Counted from the first letter of the whole stretch, positions 36,448 through 48,920 are shown. The stretch: 62,786 nt of DNA, filler included, from Rhabdomonas costata (GCA_019059605.1; 38 parts of 38 records of this genome joined end to end with filler, not necessarily neighbours in it); one strand, 5' to 3'. Program-made: numbers and translations. The notes: generated by a model not told the origin, from the letters alone.

Positions 36448-37140
36448 ACCCCGGGGGAAGGGGAGGGGCCTTTCTGTTGATCACGGGCAACGCCAAGGGG
36501 TGGTCCCCTTGGGTGATTTCCATGAATTTCTTCCGCCGGAGCCCCCGGCGCCGGACCCCTCGGCTGCGTCTCCTCATGGGCCTTGGCCCTCGCAAGCGTT
36601 CAGGAAGACGTCCGAAATGCAATTAAACAAATCCGAAGAAACTCCGATTCACAAAAATGAGGCTTAGGGCTTAGGAACCACACAAAGTTCATGAACATCA
36701 CCTGATAGTGCATCATAACGAAGTGTTTAAATGAGGTATTGGTGATCCGTCACCACCACACCAATCAGAGCATGACCACTTCACGACTTCACGGGATCGC
36801 CACGGGATCGAGAAGCGTGTTGTGGATAGGGTGTGAGCGCGACACGCTGGTGGGATAAGAAACAAAAACATCCACCGCTCCATCCATCCCGACCCGAACC
36901 AGTCGGTCGCACAGGCATCCCCTCAGGGCATCTCCCTTTCTCAGCTGAACCGATCCAGTCCAGCAATGCACACACTCTATGCAGAGCTTCCAACCCTCCG
37001 TGGGAATAATTCAAACTACATTGACTTCAACAAAATCGGTATTGTTGACTCGTCTCCTCTTCGGGGGTTGGGCCAACACGGGAAACAGGCGATACGGCAA
37101 TGCATTAAGTGGCATTCAGTGACATTAAGAAGTAGCCCCC

Positions 37141-37976
37141 TCACAGCTTGGTGAGGACCCAAGGCTCCAGCCCTCCTGCAAGGACCAGCTCCTGGGCGGT
37201 GGGACCCAGGGGAGGGATGGGGAAGCTCTGCCCGTCAAAGGTCGCGGTGCAGGTCTGGAAGTTCACGGTGACCGGGGAGTTGGTGTACACTGTGGGCGGA
37301 ACGGACGCCGGCACGAACTTAGACCGAACATAAGCCACCAGCTCCGGGCACTCCATGGCAATGTAGCCGTTGTTAAAGGCATTGCGCTTGTACGTCTCGC
37401 TGTAGGACGCGGCCAAGATCTGTGGGGAGTTGGAACAGAGGCGGAAACTTCACGTTCCATCTCATCGGCTAATTAATTATGTGATGGGGTGGCAGCTGAC
37501 GAGATACGATGACAAAGAGCTATTCGCCAGTATGTCCTTTCCATTTTTGCGATTATCACCATATCCCATCATATCAGGCATAAGCACCTATTCTGGGCAA
37601 TCGTAAAGACCACCGTGACGGTGGCAGCGACAGCGTGGGGGCAAACAGAGGCGCTTCGTTGATATCGTTTACGACAGATCTTAGAACTCAGGCACGAGTC
37701 CTGTTTCCATACCATTGGGATCCCGCGGTGCTTCAGGGCGGTGGCGGCCTGCTCGCGGGAGCTCCCCGTGCCAAAGTTCTGGGCGCCCAGCAAAATGTCT
37801 CCGGGGCGCACGGTGCGCCCGAAGGTGGGGTCGTAGTTCTCCATCACAACAGCGGCCATCTGTTCCGGGGTGAGGTCCTCACGGTAGGTCCACTTCCCGG
37901 CGTAAATCCCGTCGGTGTTGAGGTTGTCCTGGGTACAGAACACCAGGTTGCCGGCGATCTCCTTGGGAAAACCCAC
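37141..37976 (-). CDS. LYS4: Homoaconitase C-terminal swivel domain, exons 37976-37713 and 37419-37141 (stop)
   Basis: [21 protein letters not shown]...MENYDP...[14 protein letters not shown] | [18 protein letters not shown]...[14 protein letters not shown], the fungal-type homoaconitase pattern. Confidence 0.88.
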
Positions 37977-38345
37977 NNNNNNNNNNNNNNNNNNNNNNNN
38001 NNNNNNNNNNNNNNNNNNNNTTAATTAATTAANNNNNNNNNNNNNNNNNNNNNNNNNNNNNNNNNNNNNNNNNNNNGGGGGTTGTGTGTTGCACCCGGTT
38101 TGCTCTCCAACCCCAATCACACATACTCCTCTGCAAATGCGTTCAATTCTGGATGGCGAGCAAACCGGGTGCAACACACAGTACCCCCATCACACCTCCA
38201 GTAAGTGAGGGTGAACTTCTGCAGCAGCTCCTTGAGCTGCACCCCTGCGGGCTGGGAGTAGCGGGGCTGCCGCTTCTTGCGAGGGCGCATCCTCTTCGGT
38301 GGCAGCCCCTGCTCAATGTCTCCCGGTGCCGTCGGAGGCGGGGAC

Positions 38346-39610
38346 CTGGCGCATGGAGCGGAGCTTGGTCTCGGCGTCCTTGGCCAGGTCACTCTTCTTG
38401 TAGTACTCCGGAAAGTCCGTGCCCTCGTTCAGGACGTCCAGCATCCACGTCAGGGTTGAGCTTCCTAGGGTGCGCACAGATCACATATCACAGCAATTGT
38501 GACAAGCAGCCCTCAGAAGAAAACCGTGCGTCGCAAAGCCACGCACGGGAATGGTCAGTGGGAATCGTCGCATCACTGACAACACAACAGCAGTGAACTT
38601 TGGTAAATGTTAAACTTCCTTTGGTAAATGATATGTGCGAGTACCGTAAGGCATCAAGCTGGGCAGGTTTACTTTGGTAAAGTGAACTGCTCCGAGGAAC
38701 GGTTCCCACCAAACACCTAATCAAACTGCGAGGCCAGCACAGAAAAAGTTGTGAAAGGGATCCTCCTCCCGCCCTCCGTCATCCCCATGTGGCATCGCTA
38801 CAATTCTTCTCGGTTTTGGGAAATTTGACCACGGGATATTATTTCACCTTGAAAACGTTTCTCTTGTATCTGACCTTTTTCACTTGGCCCTGTACTGACT
38901 CCACCCGACACGCATCGCTTCTAAGATGGAATTTTCGGGAAGGGATAGAGAAAGGAGGAAAGCACCACTTTAACATGAGGCGACCACACACAGTGAGCCA
39001 CGCCAGTAGCTTCGGGCGCTGATCAGCAAACGCGTTCTTTTTAACACATAACGCTGGTCGTCGATGTCGCTGTGTGGACACACCACCCCAGATGGAAAAT
39101 ATTCCGACGCCCCCAAAATGGCGATAACAATGGCAAACACACACACAACGGCACATACACCAAAAGAGCAGTACATCAGAGTTGCAAGACAAGCTCATTA
39201 CCCATAAGAAAAATGATAATAATAATCCATTTGAAAAAACCGACTTGTTGTCGGGATCGAGCAATCGATCAAAGACAGAACGGTAAGGGCAGAACTGTAA
39301 CGGCTCCAACACAAACGCAACCCAAAGCCGAGTCTAACAAGTGTGATCTGCAGGAGACAAGTGCATGCACGTACGGCTTCATTGGAGTCACCCCCGGCGC
39401 TCCCTCGAAGTACTTCACCAGTGCGGAAGAGTTCTCGCCCAGCTCGCCGAAGTACACCACCTTGCCCCCCTTCACAAGGAGCAGAAGGCTGTCAAACATG
39501 TTGAACAGCAGCTTGCTGGGCTGGTGGATGGTGCACACCACAGTGCGACCCGTCGCGGCGACGCTCTTGATGGCCTTCACCACGGCAAAGGCCGCCTTGG
39601 AATCCAAACC
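38346..39610 (-). CDS. ABCG/PDR-type transporter, exons ~39610-39375 and 38464-38346 (possible frameshift)
   Basis: GLDSKAAFAVVKAIKSVAATGRTVVCTIHQPS...FDSLLLLVKGGKVVYFGELG and downstream TWMLDVL...DFPEYYKKS. Confidence 0.88.
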
Positions 39611-40169
39611 CCCCACAAACTCCCATCTCANNNNNNNNNNNNNNNNNNNNNNNNNNNNNNNNNNNNNNNNNNNNTTAATTAATTAANNNNNNNNNNNNNN
39701 NNNNNNNNNNNNNNNNNNNNNNNNNNNNNNGTTCCAGGAGGACGAGGTGGGATCGGACGGTAGGCGCACGTCAATAGCAGCGATGGGGATTTGCATTAGC
39801 CCCCGAATTGTACCATTCAACAGCAGGGCACAATCATGTGCTGCAAAAGGATAATCTGAGAGCCCTCTCGATGAATGCTTGCAGCGATTTCGGAATGGGC
39901 GCTGGGGCTCAACAGAGCCTCCCCCTAAGCACAAAAAAAGCTGCGAAGTGCTCGCTACGTTTCCATTTTGTTCTGGGGGTCAAGTTCGTCATTCTGTCCG
40001 TATCCGTGATCATTCTTCTGATGGAGGTAATGATGCCTGCTCAATGCGCAGGGGTCATTTGTCTGAGGCTGCACAGGCACCAATTTGCACAAACGACACA
40101 GATATTTAACCCCAACAGGGGGTTCAAGGCACACCAGCAAGGGAAGGGGCACCACTGCCCCGAGAGGAC

Positions 40170-40427
40170 CTTCTCGGCGAGCTCCTCGCACTGTGGCGAC
40201 ACCCTCACCGGGGGGTCCCCGGGGTAACGCGCCACCACAGCAAACCTCTGCGGCAGCCCGCGGGCCAGGGGCACGGAGGGCGCCACAGTGGCAATGATGA
40301 GGTACTCGCCCAGAGCCACTGCGGTCGGGGACAGGGAGACTTTCTCGGCGTTGTTGAGGCCGTCGTAGAGGGGTTCCAGCCCCTGCCCATCAGGGGTGGG
40401 CTGACTGAGGTTGTTGCCTAGAAAAAC
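40170..40427 (-). CDS. Subtilisin-like protease C-terminal beta-domain exon (KP-43/TagC type)
   Basis: VFLGNN...YDGLNNAEKVSL...GEYLI...SVP...PQRFAVVA resembles 'YxGN..DxxNNVExV...GxY...VPxGPQxFALV'; AG/GT borders. The catalytic domain is not in the contig. Confidence 0.6.
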
Positions 40428-41860
40428 CTGTGGAGAGCAAGGGGGGGGGGGAAGGGCACCTCCGGCACTGACACTTTGCTGTGCGACGGCAGGGGCAAGC
40501 CTTGCGCCTGCAACACGGCGGCCACCCGCCTCCTCACGCACGCCGAGCGCGAACTGTTCGCATGACACCTAAAGGAAGCCAAAAGTGAAGGCAAGAGGTG
40601 ACACTGGATCAATGCACTCTCTTCCCGTAGGCTTTCCGTACAAAAAAACTCACAGCACAAGGAACAGGCAGCAGAAAAAGAACCCATCTTTCCACCAAAA
40701 AGCGGGTGTTTGTGGGCAGAATCAGCACAGAAAACTTTCATGTAACTTTCATGTATGTGCATAAAAGAGGACTCATTCTTGGGGAAGTCGACGTCACCTC
40801 TGGTTGCTTCCAATGCCGAAGGTCGACACCGCCAAGCCCGCCGGTGGTGTCCCAGAATTCCAATTTGTTGCATTGAAAAGCTCCGCGGCATGGAAGAAGT
40901 TAATGCCCAGGGGCACTGCACCACAAAAAAAGAAATGCCCGGGTTTCGTCACGAATAACGCCCCAATGTATGAAAGAAAGGCGACAGAGGAAAGAAAGGC
41001 CACAAACACAGGAAACATTCCAGGAACAAGCTTCGGGTGAATGTCCTGCACGTTGATCGCGAACCATTTCAGGAGCAGCGGGTTGCTGATGAGCTGCAAG
41101 GATGAAACCATGCGCCATGCACGGAAATGCTTCAGATACTGGGAGCCAACAAGGAGAAAAGAGCTTCCAAGTGTGCCTTCACATTCACGTTGCGCCTGGG
41201 GGTAGGGTACACTTTACCTGTTCCCCTTCCGTTGTGCACTGCAAATTCTTGTCCTAGGGCAAAACGGAATTGCTGACAACAAAAANNNNNNNNNNNNNNN
41301 NNNNNNNNNNNNNNNNNNNNNNNNNNNNNTTAATTAATTAANNNNNNNNNNNNNNNNNNNNNNNNNNNNNNNNNNNNNNNNNNNNGGGGGGTATAAATGT
41401 GGATACGTTTGTGTGTATTGGCACCATTTGGTGTGGTAATTAAGTACTTAGTATTAAGGTTGGAACAAATTAAATTATCTTTGACCTAAGTGGAAACTGG
41501 ATGAATGTTCTGGAACCTGAGCTTTTAAATCTATTCAAAATGATCTGATGTGTCGTACTAATATATTCAGCCTTGATAGATCCAAGCATTCAATGAGATC
41601 AAACCATTCATACAGAGTACCTATGTTTTGAAAGTTTCAAGCCATTTAATAGTTCCAAATGCTCGCATAAATTTAGCACAATATGATCGGCACAAGTTCC
41701 AACGTGTACTGTGGAACGGTGTGGTGTTGTAAGCCAGGAGAAGGAGCATAATGCAGCAACATCTAGCACGAAAGACTGTTTAGAGCGTGAATAAGAGTCT
41801 TGTCTTCAGAGTACAACCACAAAAGAGCTAAAATATGCTCCAAAAGGCAGCAGTATGGAT

Positions 41861-42610
41861 TCAAACTGTGGCGTTGTGCAACATAAACTCCGCGAGTGAC
41901 AAGGGCTGGTGCTCTCGCCGTAGAGACTTCATCCACATCATAGAGTTCTTGAATGAACCACAGTATCCATAAATTGTATTAGTGTGCACTTTCCCCAACG
42001 CAGAGTAATACCAGGTGATACACACGTATCATATTTTAACAAAATGACCGTCTTCATGCTTGACGTAATCGTGTTTGTAGCCCATGTCATTCAGATTTGA
42101 CCTGTAGGCATTCAAGCCACAACTGAAAATAGTGGCGCCATTGAAGATGTATTGTAAAACAAATGGTAATACCTCCGCAACCAACGAATGTCCATTGCGG
42201 CGTCTGTCTTCAACAGTGGCTTTTTAGTGTACCCTAACCACAACCATAACCTAACACTAACCACAGCCATAACCTAACCTAACCTAACCCTAACCCTAAC
42301 ACTAACCCTAATCATAACTATAACCATAACCATAACCATAACTCTAACCCTAAACCAAAACCTAAACCAAACCCTAACCCTAAACCAAACTCCATGAGAA
42401 TTAAATACTTTAGTCTTACTTTAATCACTTCCAGACCTTAAATCGTGTTTAAAGCTTCAAATCATGTAATAGTCCTGTAATAGTCCTAGTAGTAGTATCC
42501 AAGCGGCACAAGACATCCTGGCCTTTCCCGGTGCACTTTGAAACTTAAGCCTTATAATCTACTATCATCTTGGATGGTGAATTCTACATTGTCACCAACG
42601 CTTTCAACAT
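41861..42610 (-). mobile_element. Merlin/IS1595(ISXO2)-like DDE transposase pseudogene
   Basis: 42220-41861 reads VLPFVLQYIFNGATIFSCGLNAYRSNLNDMGYKHDYVKHEDGHFVKI*...KVHTNTIYGYCGSFK...LAEFM, with one stop and the catalytic D/E positions mutated; a weaker remnant TIQDDSRL*GLSFKVHRER lies at ~42510-42600. Absent from the ORF track. Confidence 0.78.
42231..42390 (+). repeat. Degenerate interstitial telomere-like array (CCCTAA variants)
   Basis: About 25 units of CCCTAA/CCATAA/CACTAA/CCTAA/CCCTAAA read directly. Confidence 0.88.
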
Positions 42611-43040
42611 TAGACTCTGATTTCAAACAGCCCACATCCAGATCTCAAGCATTGTCTTAATTTATTTTTTCAAAGATAGATGTGGATTTTGGCGCTCAAA
42701 TACTGCTAAAAATGTAGATTTGCCTTCAGCTGCGCCTTCGGTTGATGTGTATGACACAATAATTATGTAATTATGTGCTCCAAATTGACAGAGGCGTTCC
42801 ACTTGGTACTGGTGGTAGTTGCAACGATGTTCCAGTTTGCAAACTTCGGTTTAATTTCTTGGAATGGCTTCCGCAGTAATTGCCACATGTAATTATGTGT
42901 CTGCTTCGTGGTTGCGAGTGATTTAGCTACCACAAACCCCNNNNNNNNNNNNNNNNNNNNNNNNNNNNNNNNNNNNNNNNNNNNTTAATTAATTAANNNN
43001 NNNNNNNNNNNNNNNNNNNNNNNNNNNNNNNNNNNNNNNN

Positions 43041-44595
43041 GGGTGTTGGTGGCAGGGTTTCGAAGTATTCTAGCATGATTGGACACAAGTAGTTTGGGCT
43101 CCGGGTTCCCTTCTCTGGGTTCGGTCTTCGGCCTTCTTGCCTTCGTTGTTGCTTTGGTCTCCATCGCTGTGTTGAGTGCTTCCTCTGTGTATGTGCGTGC
43201 TACTTTAGTGCTGGTGTGGGCTTGCTTGGTGTCCGGGATGGTGCTGGTGTTGCTTGGTTTCGGTCCTTCCGCTTAGGTCGTAGTCTCGTTGGTTCAGGTT
43301 GTCGCGCAAGCGTTTGTGTCTGGATGGGTCTTGGTGGGTTCGGTGTGCAGTTCCGTGGTTGCTTGGGTGTCCTTCGCTACGTCGTCTTCGCCTTTGTTTA
43401 CGTTTGTGGATGCAGTGGATGGTGTGGGTGCTGGCGTTAGGGGTTTGGCGTAGGGTCGGTCTTCGGGTGCCTTGGTGTCCTTGGGTGTGCTTGCGGTATT
43501 TCTTGCGTGTGTTGGGTTGCTTGTGGTGGGTCAGATGGGTTGTGGTACGGTGCTGCTTTGGTTGATTCTTTGGGTGGATGCGGCTTCTTTGGTGATGCTA
43601 GGTATGGTGGTGCGTGGAGGTGCGGTTTCGGTGTCGAGGGTAGCTTCGGGTGTCAAGGTGGGTCAGGGTTCCTAGTGTGCATGCTGAGGGTGGGATGGGT
43701 TCGGTGTAGATGGTCGTACAAGCGGGTTTGAGCGTGCTTCTGTGGTGCATGGTGTCCAATGTGGGGTGCAGTGGTGTGGAGGTAGCGTTGGGGGTTGTGG
43801 TCATCGTGGGGTTGAAGCTTGGGTGTGTAATTTGTGCGTTGTTGCTGGGGTCGTTGTAGTGTGCCTTGGGGAGTGTATCCGGTGTGCTCTTGGGTTCGTT
43901 GTGTTCCTAGGTTGGTTGTGGTGCATTGTCTATGGTCACGGAGGGTGTGTGGTTCGGTGGGTTGCAATGGTTTGGTGCGTGGGCTATAGTCTCTGCTGCT
44001 GTCATAGAATCCTTGTGTCTGGGTGGACCTCTGGAGTGGTGTCTGGTGTCTAGGTGTGCGTTGGTGGGTTATGTTGCTGCGTTTTTATGCGTTTTGTTAT
44101 AGCTCTTGGTGTGTTGTGGTGCTGTGTCTAGCTTTTGTGGTTGTAAATTCTCTGTATCTCTAGCCGGTTCTATGCGTGGTGTTGCCTTCTGCTGTGGCTA
44201 CTATTGGCCTTAATTCTTCTTCTACCTGTCCGGCTTTGCACTCTCAAGGTGGTATCCAGGTATCTGCATTCGTTTCCGTACGCGCGTGTTGTTATAATGG
44301 TAAGGGTTAGGGTTATGTGTGTGGTTCTGTGCAGGGTTATGTGTCTAGTGTTGTATTATGGTATGCCGTTGGCGTTGCTGGATGAGTAAGGTATGCTGGA
44401 GGTGTTGGTGTAGCTGGTGTTGGCAGTGGTTCTTGGCCTTCATGTTGTTGGTGCTCCTGGTATTTTTGACTCTGATGGTGGTGTGCTGGATGTTGGTGTT
44501 AGCGTTCCTGTAGTGCTTCCTGTGTCTGATGTTGGAGTAGTATTGGAGGATGTGGATATATCTTGTGATCTTGACCTTTATGGTGGTATTCTTGG
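43041..44595. other. Extremely strand-skewed (G/T-rich, A-poor) non-repetitive contig; possibly a decayed retroelement
   Basis: Only 2-5 A per 60 nt over 43081-43560; no credible ORF; weak RT-thumb-like TIITTRAYGNEC on the minus strand near 44265-44300. Confidence 0.4.
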
Positions 44596-45410
44596 NNNNN
44601 NNNNNNNNNNNNNNNNNNNNNNNNNNNNNNNNNNNNNNNTTAATTAATTAANNNNNNNNNNNNNNNNNNNNNNNNNNNNNNNNNNNNNNNNNNNNCAACC
44701 AACTAAGAATATGCGTTTTTTTTCTGCAAACAGCGGGCAATGTTTACAATGCTCGTTTCGACTGGGTGTGTGTGGGGGGAGGGGGAAGAATATTCAAGGA
44801 TTTCCAGAAGACTTGGGTTCGTGGCAAAGGGCCTACCATTCGTTCCAACAGTGAAGTTTCTGTCAACGTCATGAAAACGGGGGGGAAAAGAAGACGAAGA
44901 GACAAGAAAACTTCACGGCAGCGATGCAGGGTATCAGTGCAGGCAACGGAACAGTGCTGGACGCAAGAATTATGAAACAGTATACTTTTGTACATTGAGC
45001 TAAACTAAGGGTCTATTTTGGCTAAGGGTCTATTTTGTGTATACAGAAGGCCTACCAAACTCTGCGTGGCCGGTCCTTGGGATCGCGGTTTCCTCACCTT
45101 CACCCTCAGCAGCCCTTTTTGCGCCGCTTTTTGCCCCACGACAGCACCTACAACGAATCACAAAAAACTACCCATCCCGAACGGGGCCAGCTCAAAGCCA
45201 CCTGAAGGCCACCAAATTGTCTTTTGTTACCCGTGAAGGCGTCCTATTATGCTTCCTTACATTTTTACACAACAAATTGCTCTGTGAAACGAAACGAAAG
45301 TACCCACCAAGTTCCACCCGGCTGGACTGGTAACTCTGCTGTGCACGGCTACCATAGTTCCTGTTCCGGGTCTGCTCTGTAATCATACCACGTCGAGTAC
45401 GTCTTCGCAC

Positions 45411-45556
45411 CAGGCGTAGAGGTGGTCCGTGACCCAGAACAGGCCGCCGGGACCCACAGGCACGGTGCCCCAGTCGGAGTGCAAGGGGCACGTCCTCAGA
45501 TCCTCGTGGGCCTTCCAGAAAGTCTCCTTGAAGGCCAGGCAGACGTCCATGCAGTC
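45411..45556 (-). CDS. Internal exon, possibly dynein heavy chain N-terminal (DHC_N1-like)
   Basis: AG/GT-bounded exon DCMDVCLAFKETFWKAHEDL...W...LFWVTDHLY; the family resemblance is weak. Confidence 0.35.
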
Positions 45557-46350
45557 CTATATCCCGTCGGACTCGGGGGGTGTCCAGTCGGCCAATTAGT
45601 GCTCCCGCACAAGAACATAAAGCAGTACACGGGGCACCGACTGGAACGATGGAAGCGCGTTCAAAACACCAAGCAAGAAGACCGCTTCCAGTGCGTCCCT
45701 CCCCTATTCTTTGGTCCTGGGCGAAAAGCTGGTGCACAAGGGATTTTTCCCGCCTTGAAAGGGCTTTCACTTCCTCGCTTCTTTTCGGGGTACCGACCCT
45801 CCCTCCCTACCCTCGGGAGATCCTCAGTATTACGTTTTAAGTTTAAGGGTCGTTGAAGGCCCGCTGTTCTTATGGGCTCTCCCAATGTGGCATTTATGCA
45901 CAGTTAGAGACACAAGAGCACCCGATGCACACACTAGCAACAGAGTGTGGCCCGTCTTGTCCGCGGCGTCGGGCTGGCGAGCGGCTTGGGGGTGGGCGTC
46001 CAGCAACCCCTCCCCCACGAACTGATGCGGGCGCTTCTTCAGCAGGGCTGCTCGGAGGGTTTGACCCAAGGCCTTCGCCACAAGGAACAGCACAATGGTG
46101 AACCTGAAGAAGCGAGAGAGTCACAGCCTAAGGGTTTGACGTGGCACCCACATTGTGCTGAGGAAGGGGGGGGGGAAGTTCGGGAGGCAAAAGCTGGGGA
46201 AAATATGCCCATCTCAGGAGATGAGCAACGTGAGAGCATGCACAAAAACANNNNNNNNNNNNNNNNNNNNNNNNNNNNNNNNNNNNNNNNNNNNTTAATT
46301 AATTAANNNNNNNNNNNNNNNNNNNNNNNNNNNNNNNNNNNNNNNNNNNN

Positions 46351-47905
46351 AGGTGCGGGAAACGCTTCCCGTTCGGGAGCGGGTGGGCGAACCCGTCTGC
46401 GAAGTGGAGACCGTGCTCGTCAGAGTGGAGCTCCCGGAGCAGGACAGGGTGGAGGTGGACGTCGCCGAGAGACTTCCTGAGCCGCTCACTGAACGCGAGG
46501 CAGACCGCGATGGAGAGCTGGATGCGGTGGTGGACAGCGAAGCCGTTGGGGAGAAGCTGGTGGTCCAGCTGTGGGAAGGGGTGGAAGATGAGGTAGCGCT
46601 GCTGGAAAGCGTGCGGGAAAAGGAGCGGGATGCACTGCCCGTCCCGGAAAAGCTCCCGGTGCTGCTCTGGGAAGGGCTCGTCGTCACGGAAAAGCTCATG
46701 GAGAGGCTGCCTGTGTGGCTTGCCGTCACCGTCCCGCTGGCCGAGCGTGAGGAGGTCCCCGTGCTTGAGCACGAGACGGAGCCCGTGGTAGAAGCTGTTC
46801 CCGTCCCGCTTGCCGTAACACTCCTCGTGGTGGAGAAGGTCAGCGAACGGCTTGCTGTGATGCTTCGCGAGAAGCTTCCACTCAGGGTGGCTGATCCCGA
46901 TGTGCTCAAGGTAAAGGACTGGCTCGCCGTAGGACTGAAGGAAGGCGACGTGGTTTGGCTGTTGCTTGAGCTCCCAGTGGTCGTCTGGCTGTAAGTCTGT
47001 GAGAGCGAGTGGCTCGTGCTGCGGGTTTTGGTGGGATGAATACTGATGGTGCGAGTGTGCGTCTGGGTTTGGGTCGCTGACAGAGAAGCTGAAACAGAAC
47101 CCGTGGATGTGCCCGATGTCGTGGAGCTGCAGGAGAATGTCGCCGTGCCAGTTCCGCTTCCCGTCACTGAAGGCGAGAATGTCTTCGACACTGTAAACGA
47201 GCCCGAAGTGCTTTGCGTTCCAGAGGCGCTGCTGCTTGCCGTGCTGGAGAAGCTGGCCGAGCGGGTTCGCGACAAAGACAACGAGAAGGAGGAGCTGAGC
47301 GACGAGCTTCCCGTGGAGCTTTCCGTCCTTGTCGGTGAAAAGGAGGGGCTGAAGCTCTCGCTGACGCTGCTCGAACTCGTCATGGAAGACGTTCGCGAGC
47401 GCGTCAGGGAGCTCGAAGTGGACTTCGTGCCGCTCAGCGACGGGCTTGTCGAGAGTGTGAGGGTCGAGCTGATAGTTCGGCTGAAGGTTCCGGAAAGACT
47501 CTCCGAGATGCTGCGGCTCGGACTGAAGGATTGGGTGAACGACGGTGAGGAAGAGCGTGTCACTGTCGGCGAGAAGGACATCGAAGGAGAGAAGCTCACC
47601 GAGGCAGTGGAGGAAAAGGAGGCGGTAGTGCTGGCGGAGTTGCTCTGTGTGGGCGAGAATGAGCCGCTGCTGGTTCGCGTGAAGCTCAGGGTGGAGCTCG
47701 CAGTCCCACTGAGGGTCGCCGACCCTGTCCAGCTGAACGACCTCGAGCGGCTTGGAGAAAGGCTTGCCGTCGCCGACCAGGTGCGGGAAACGCTTCCCGT
47801 TCGGGAGCGGGTGGGCGAACCCGTCTGCGAAGTGGAGACCGTGCTCGTCAGAGTGGAGCTCCCGGAGCAGGACAGGGTGGAGGTGGACGTCGCCGAGAGA
47901 CTTCC
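46351..47905 (-). CDS. Ser/Thr-rich tandem-repeat protein (mucin/surface-protein-like), open across the whole contig
   Basis: One stop-free minus frame with (S/T)-X alternation, e.g. SFSPTVTRSSSPSFTQSFSPSRSISESLSGT; no introns. Confidence 0.8.
47779..47905. repeat. 127-bp exact terminal direct repeat of 46351-46477 (collapsed tandem-repeat overlap)
   Basis: Contig start and end are identical over 127 nt; period 1428 nt = 476 codons. Confidence 0.93.
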
Positions 47906-48920
47906 NNNNNNNNNNNNNNNNNNNNNNNNNNNNNNNNNNNNNNNNNNNNTTAATTAATTAANNNNNNNNNNNNNNNNNNNNNNNNNNNNNNNNNNNNNNN
48001 NNNNNTCGTGTGACAAACTCTGATCATTCTTCACATTTACCGATTTTTTTCATTTTGGCCTTTCTTCGACATTGTATTCGCTCAAGTGGTGCCTTTTCCA
48101 TAAAGTCTGTTGACCTTTTACTAAGGTTGTCTTTGCTTTATAAGTGTTGTTTCCATGCAGTCCGTGGCCTGGATGCAATTATGGATGGCCTCGCATCCTC
48201 CCTCCCCCCAGATTTAGACAATGTTGGTGCTGCAATAGGCAAGTTACGTCGCCCCAACATTGTCTTTTCGCCGCGGGGGGGGGGGCGCGCGCAGCTCCAA
48301 CAGAGTTTCGCTCTGGAGGGATACCGTTTAAGGCAAATGGATGGCATGTGCGAAAACGGAATTATATGGCAAAGTAATCCAAGTATTTGCAGACAGGTGA
48401 TCACAGAGTTTTGACACATGTTGTTGCTGGAAGAAAGAGTAATTCAGTGTGTGGGGTGTACCCTTATTCATGGGTGTCGTGTCCAAAACGATGTCCAAGC
48501 ACATTTCGGAACCATTTCCCCAGCATCTGACGCCCGCCTGGCGAGATTGAAAGAGCGGCCGTCCCTACACTGGACAAGTGTGAATAAATTGGAGAGTATG
48601 CGTGCGTAAGTCTCTGACATGATAGCGGCAGCTTTTGGACGGAGAAAAAATTGGGGTTAGATGAGCAAGGAATGGCAGTGCATTGCATTTGTGCAAAGCT
48701 GGTGCCGAACTTGTTTGCGCTGCTGTGTCGCTGATAATCATCGCGAACAATTTGGAACAAATTTATCTGAGCAGAAAGAAACACACTGATGGTGTGAGCA
48801 TCGATTCCATGTAAAGGTGTTAAGCCAGCTGAGCAAGGGACGGTTGTGTGTCACTGCGTGATTATGCTGACAAGAAAGGGGGAGGGGGCATTTTGTGCTC
48901 ACTCACTGATTCATTCATAG

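Noticed and set aside
46353..47957. Long plus-strand V/E/L-rich ORFs
   Set aside because: Antisense shadow of Ser/Thr codons; broken by stops near 46994-47040 while the minus frame is continuous.
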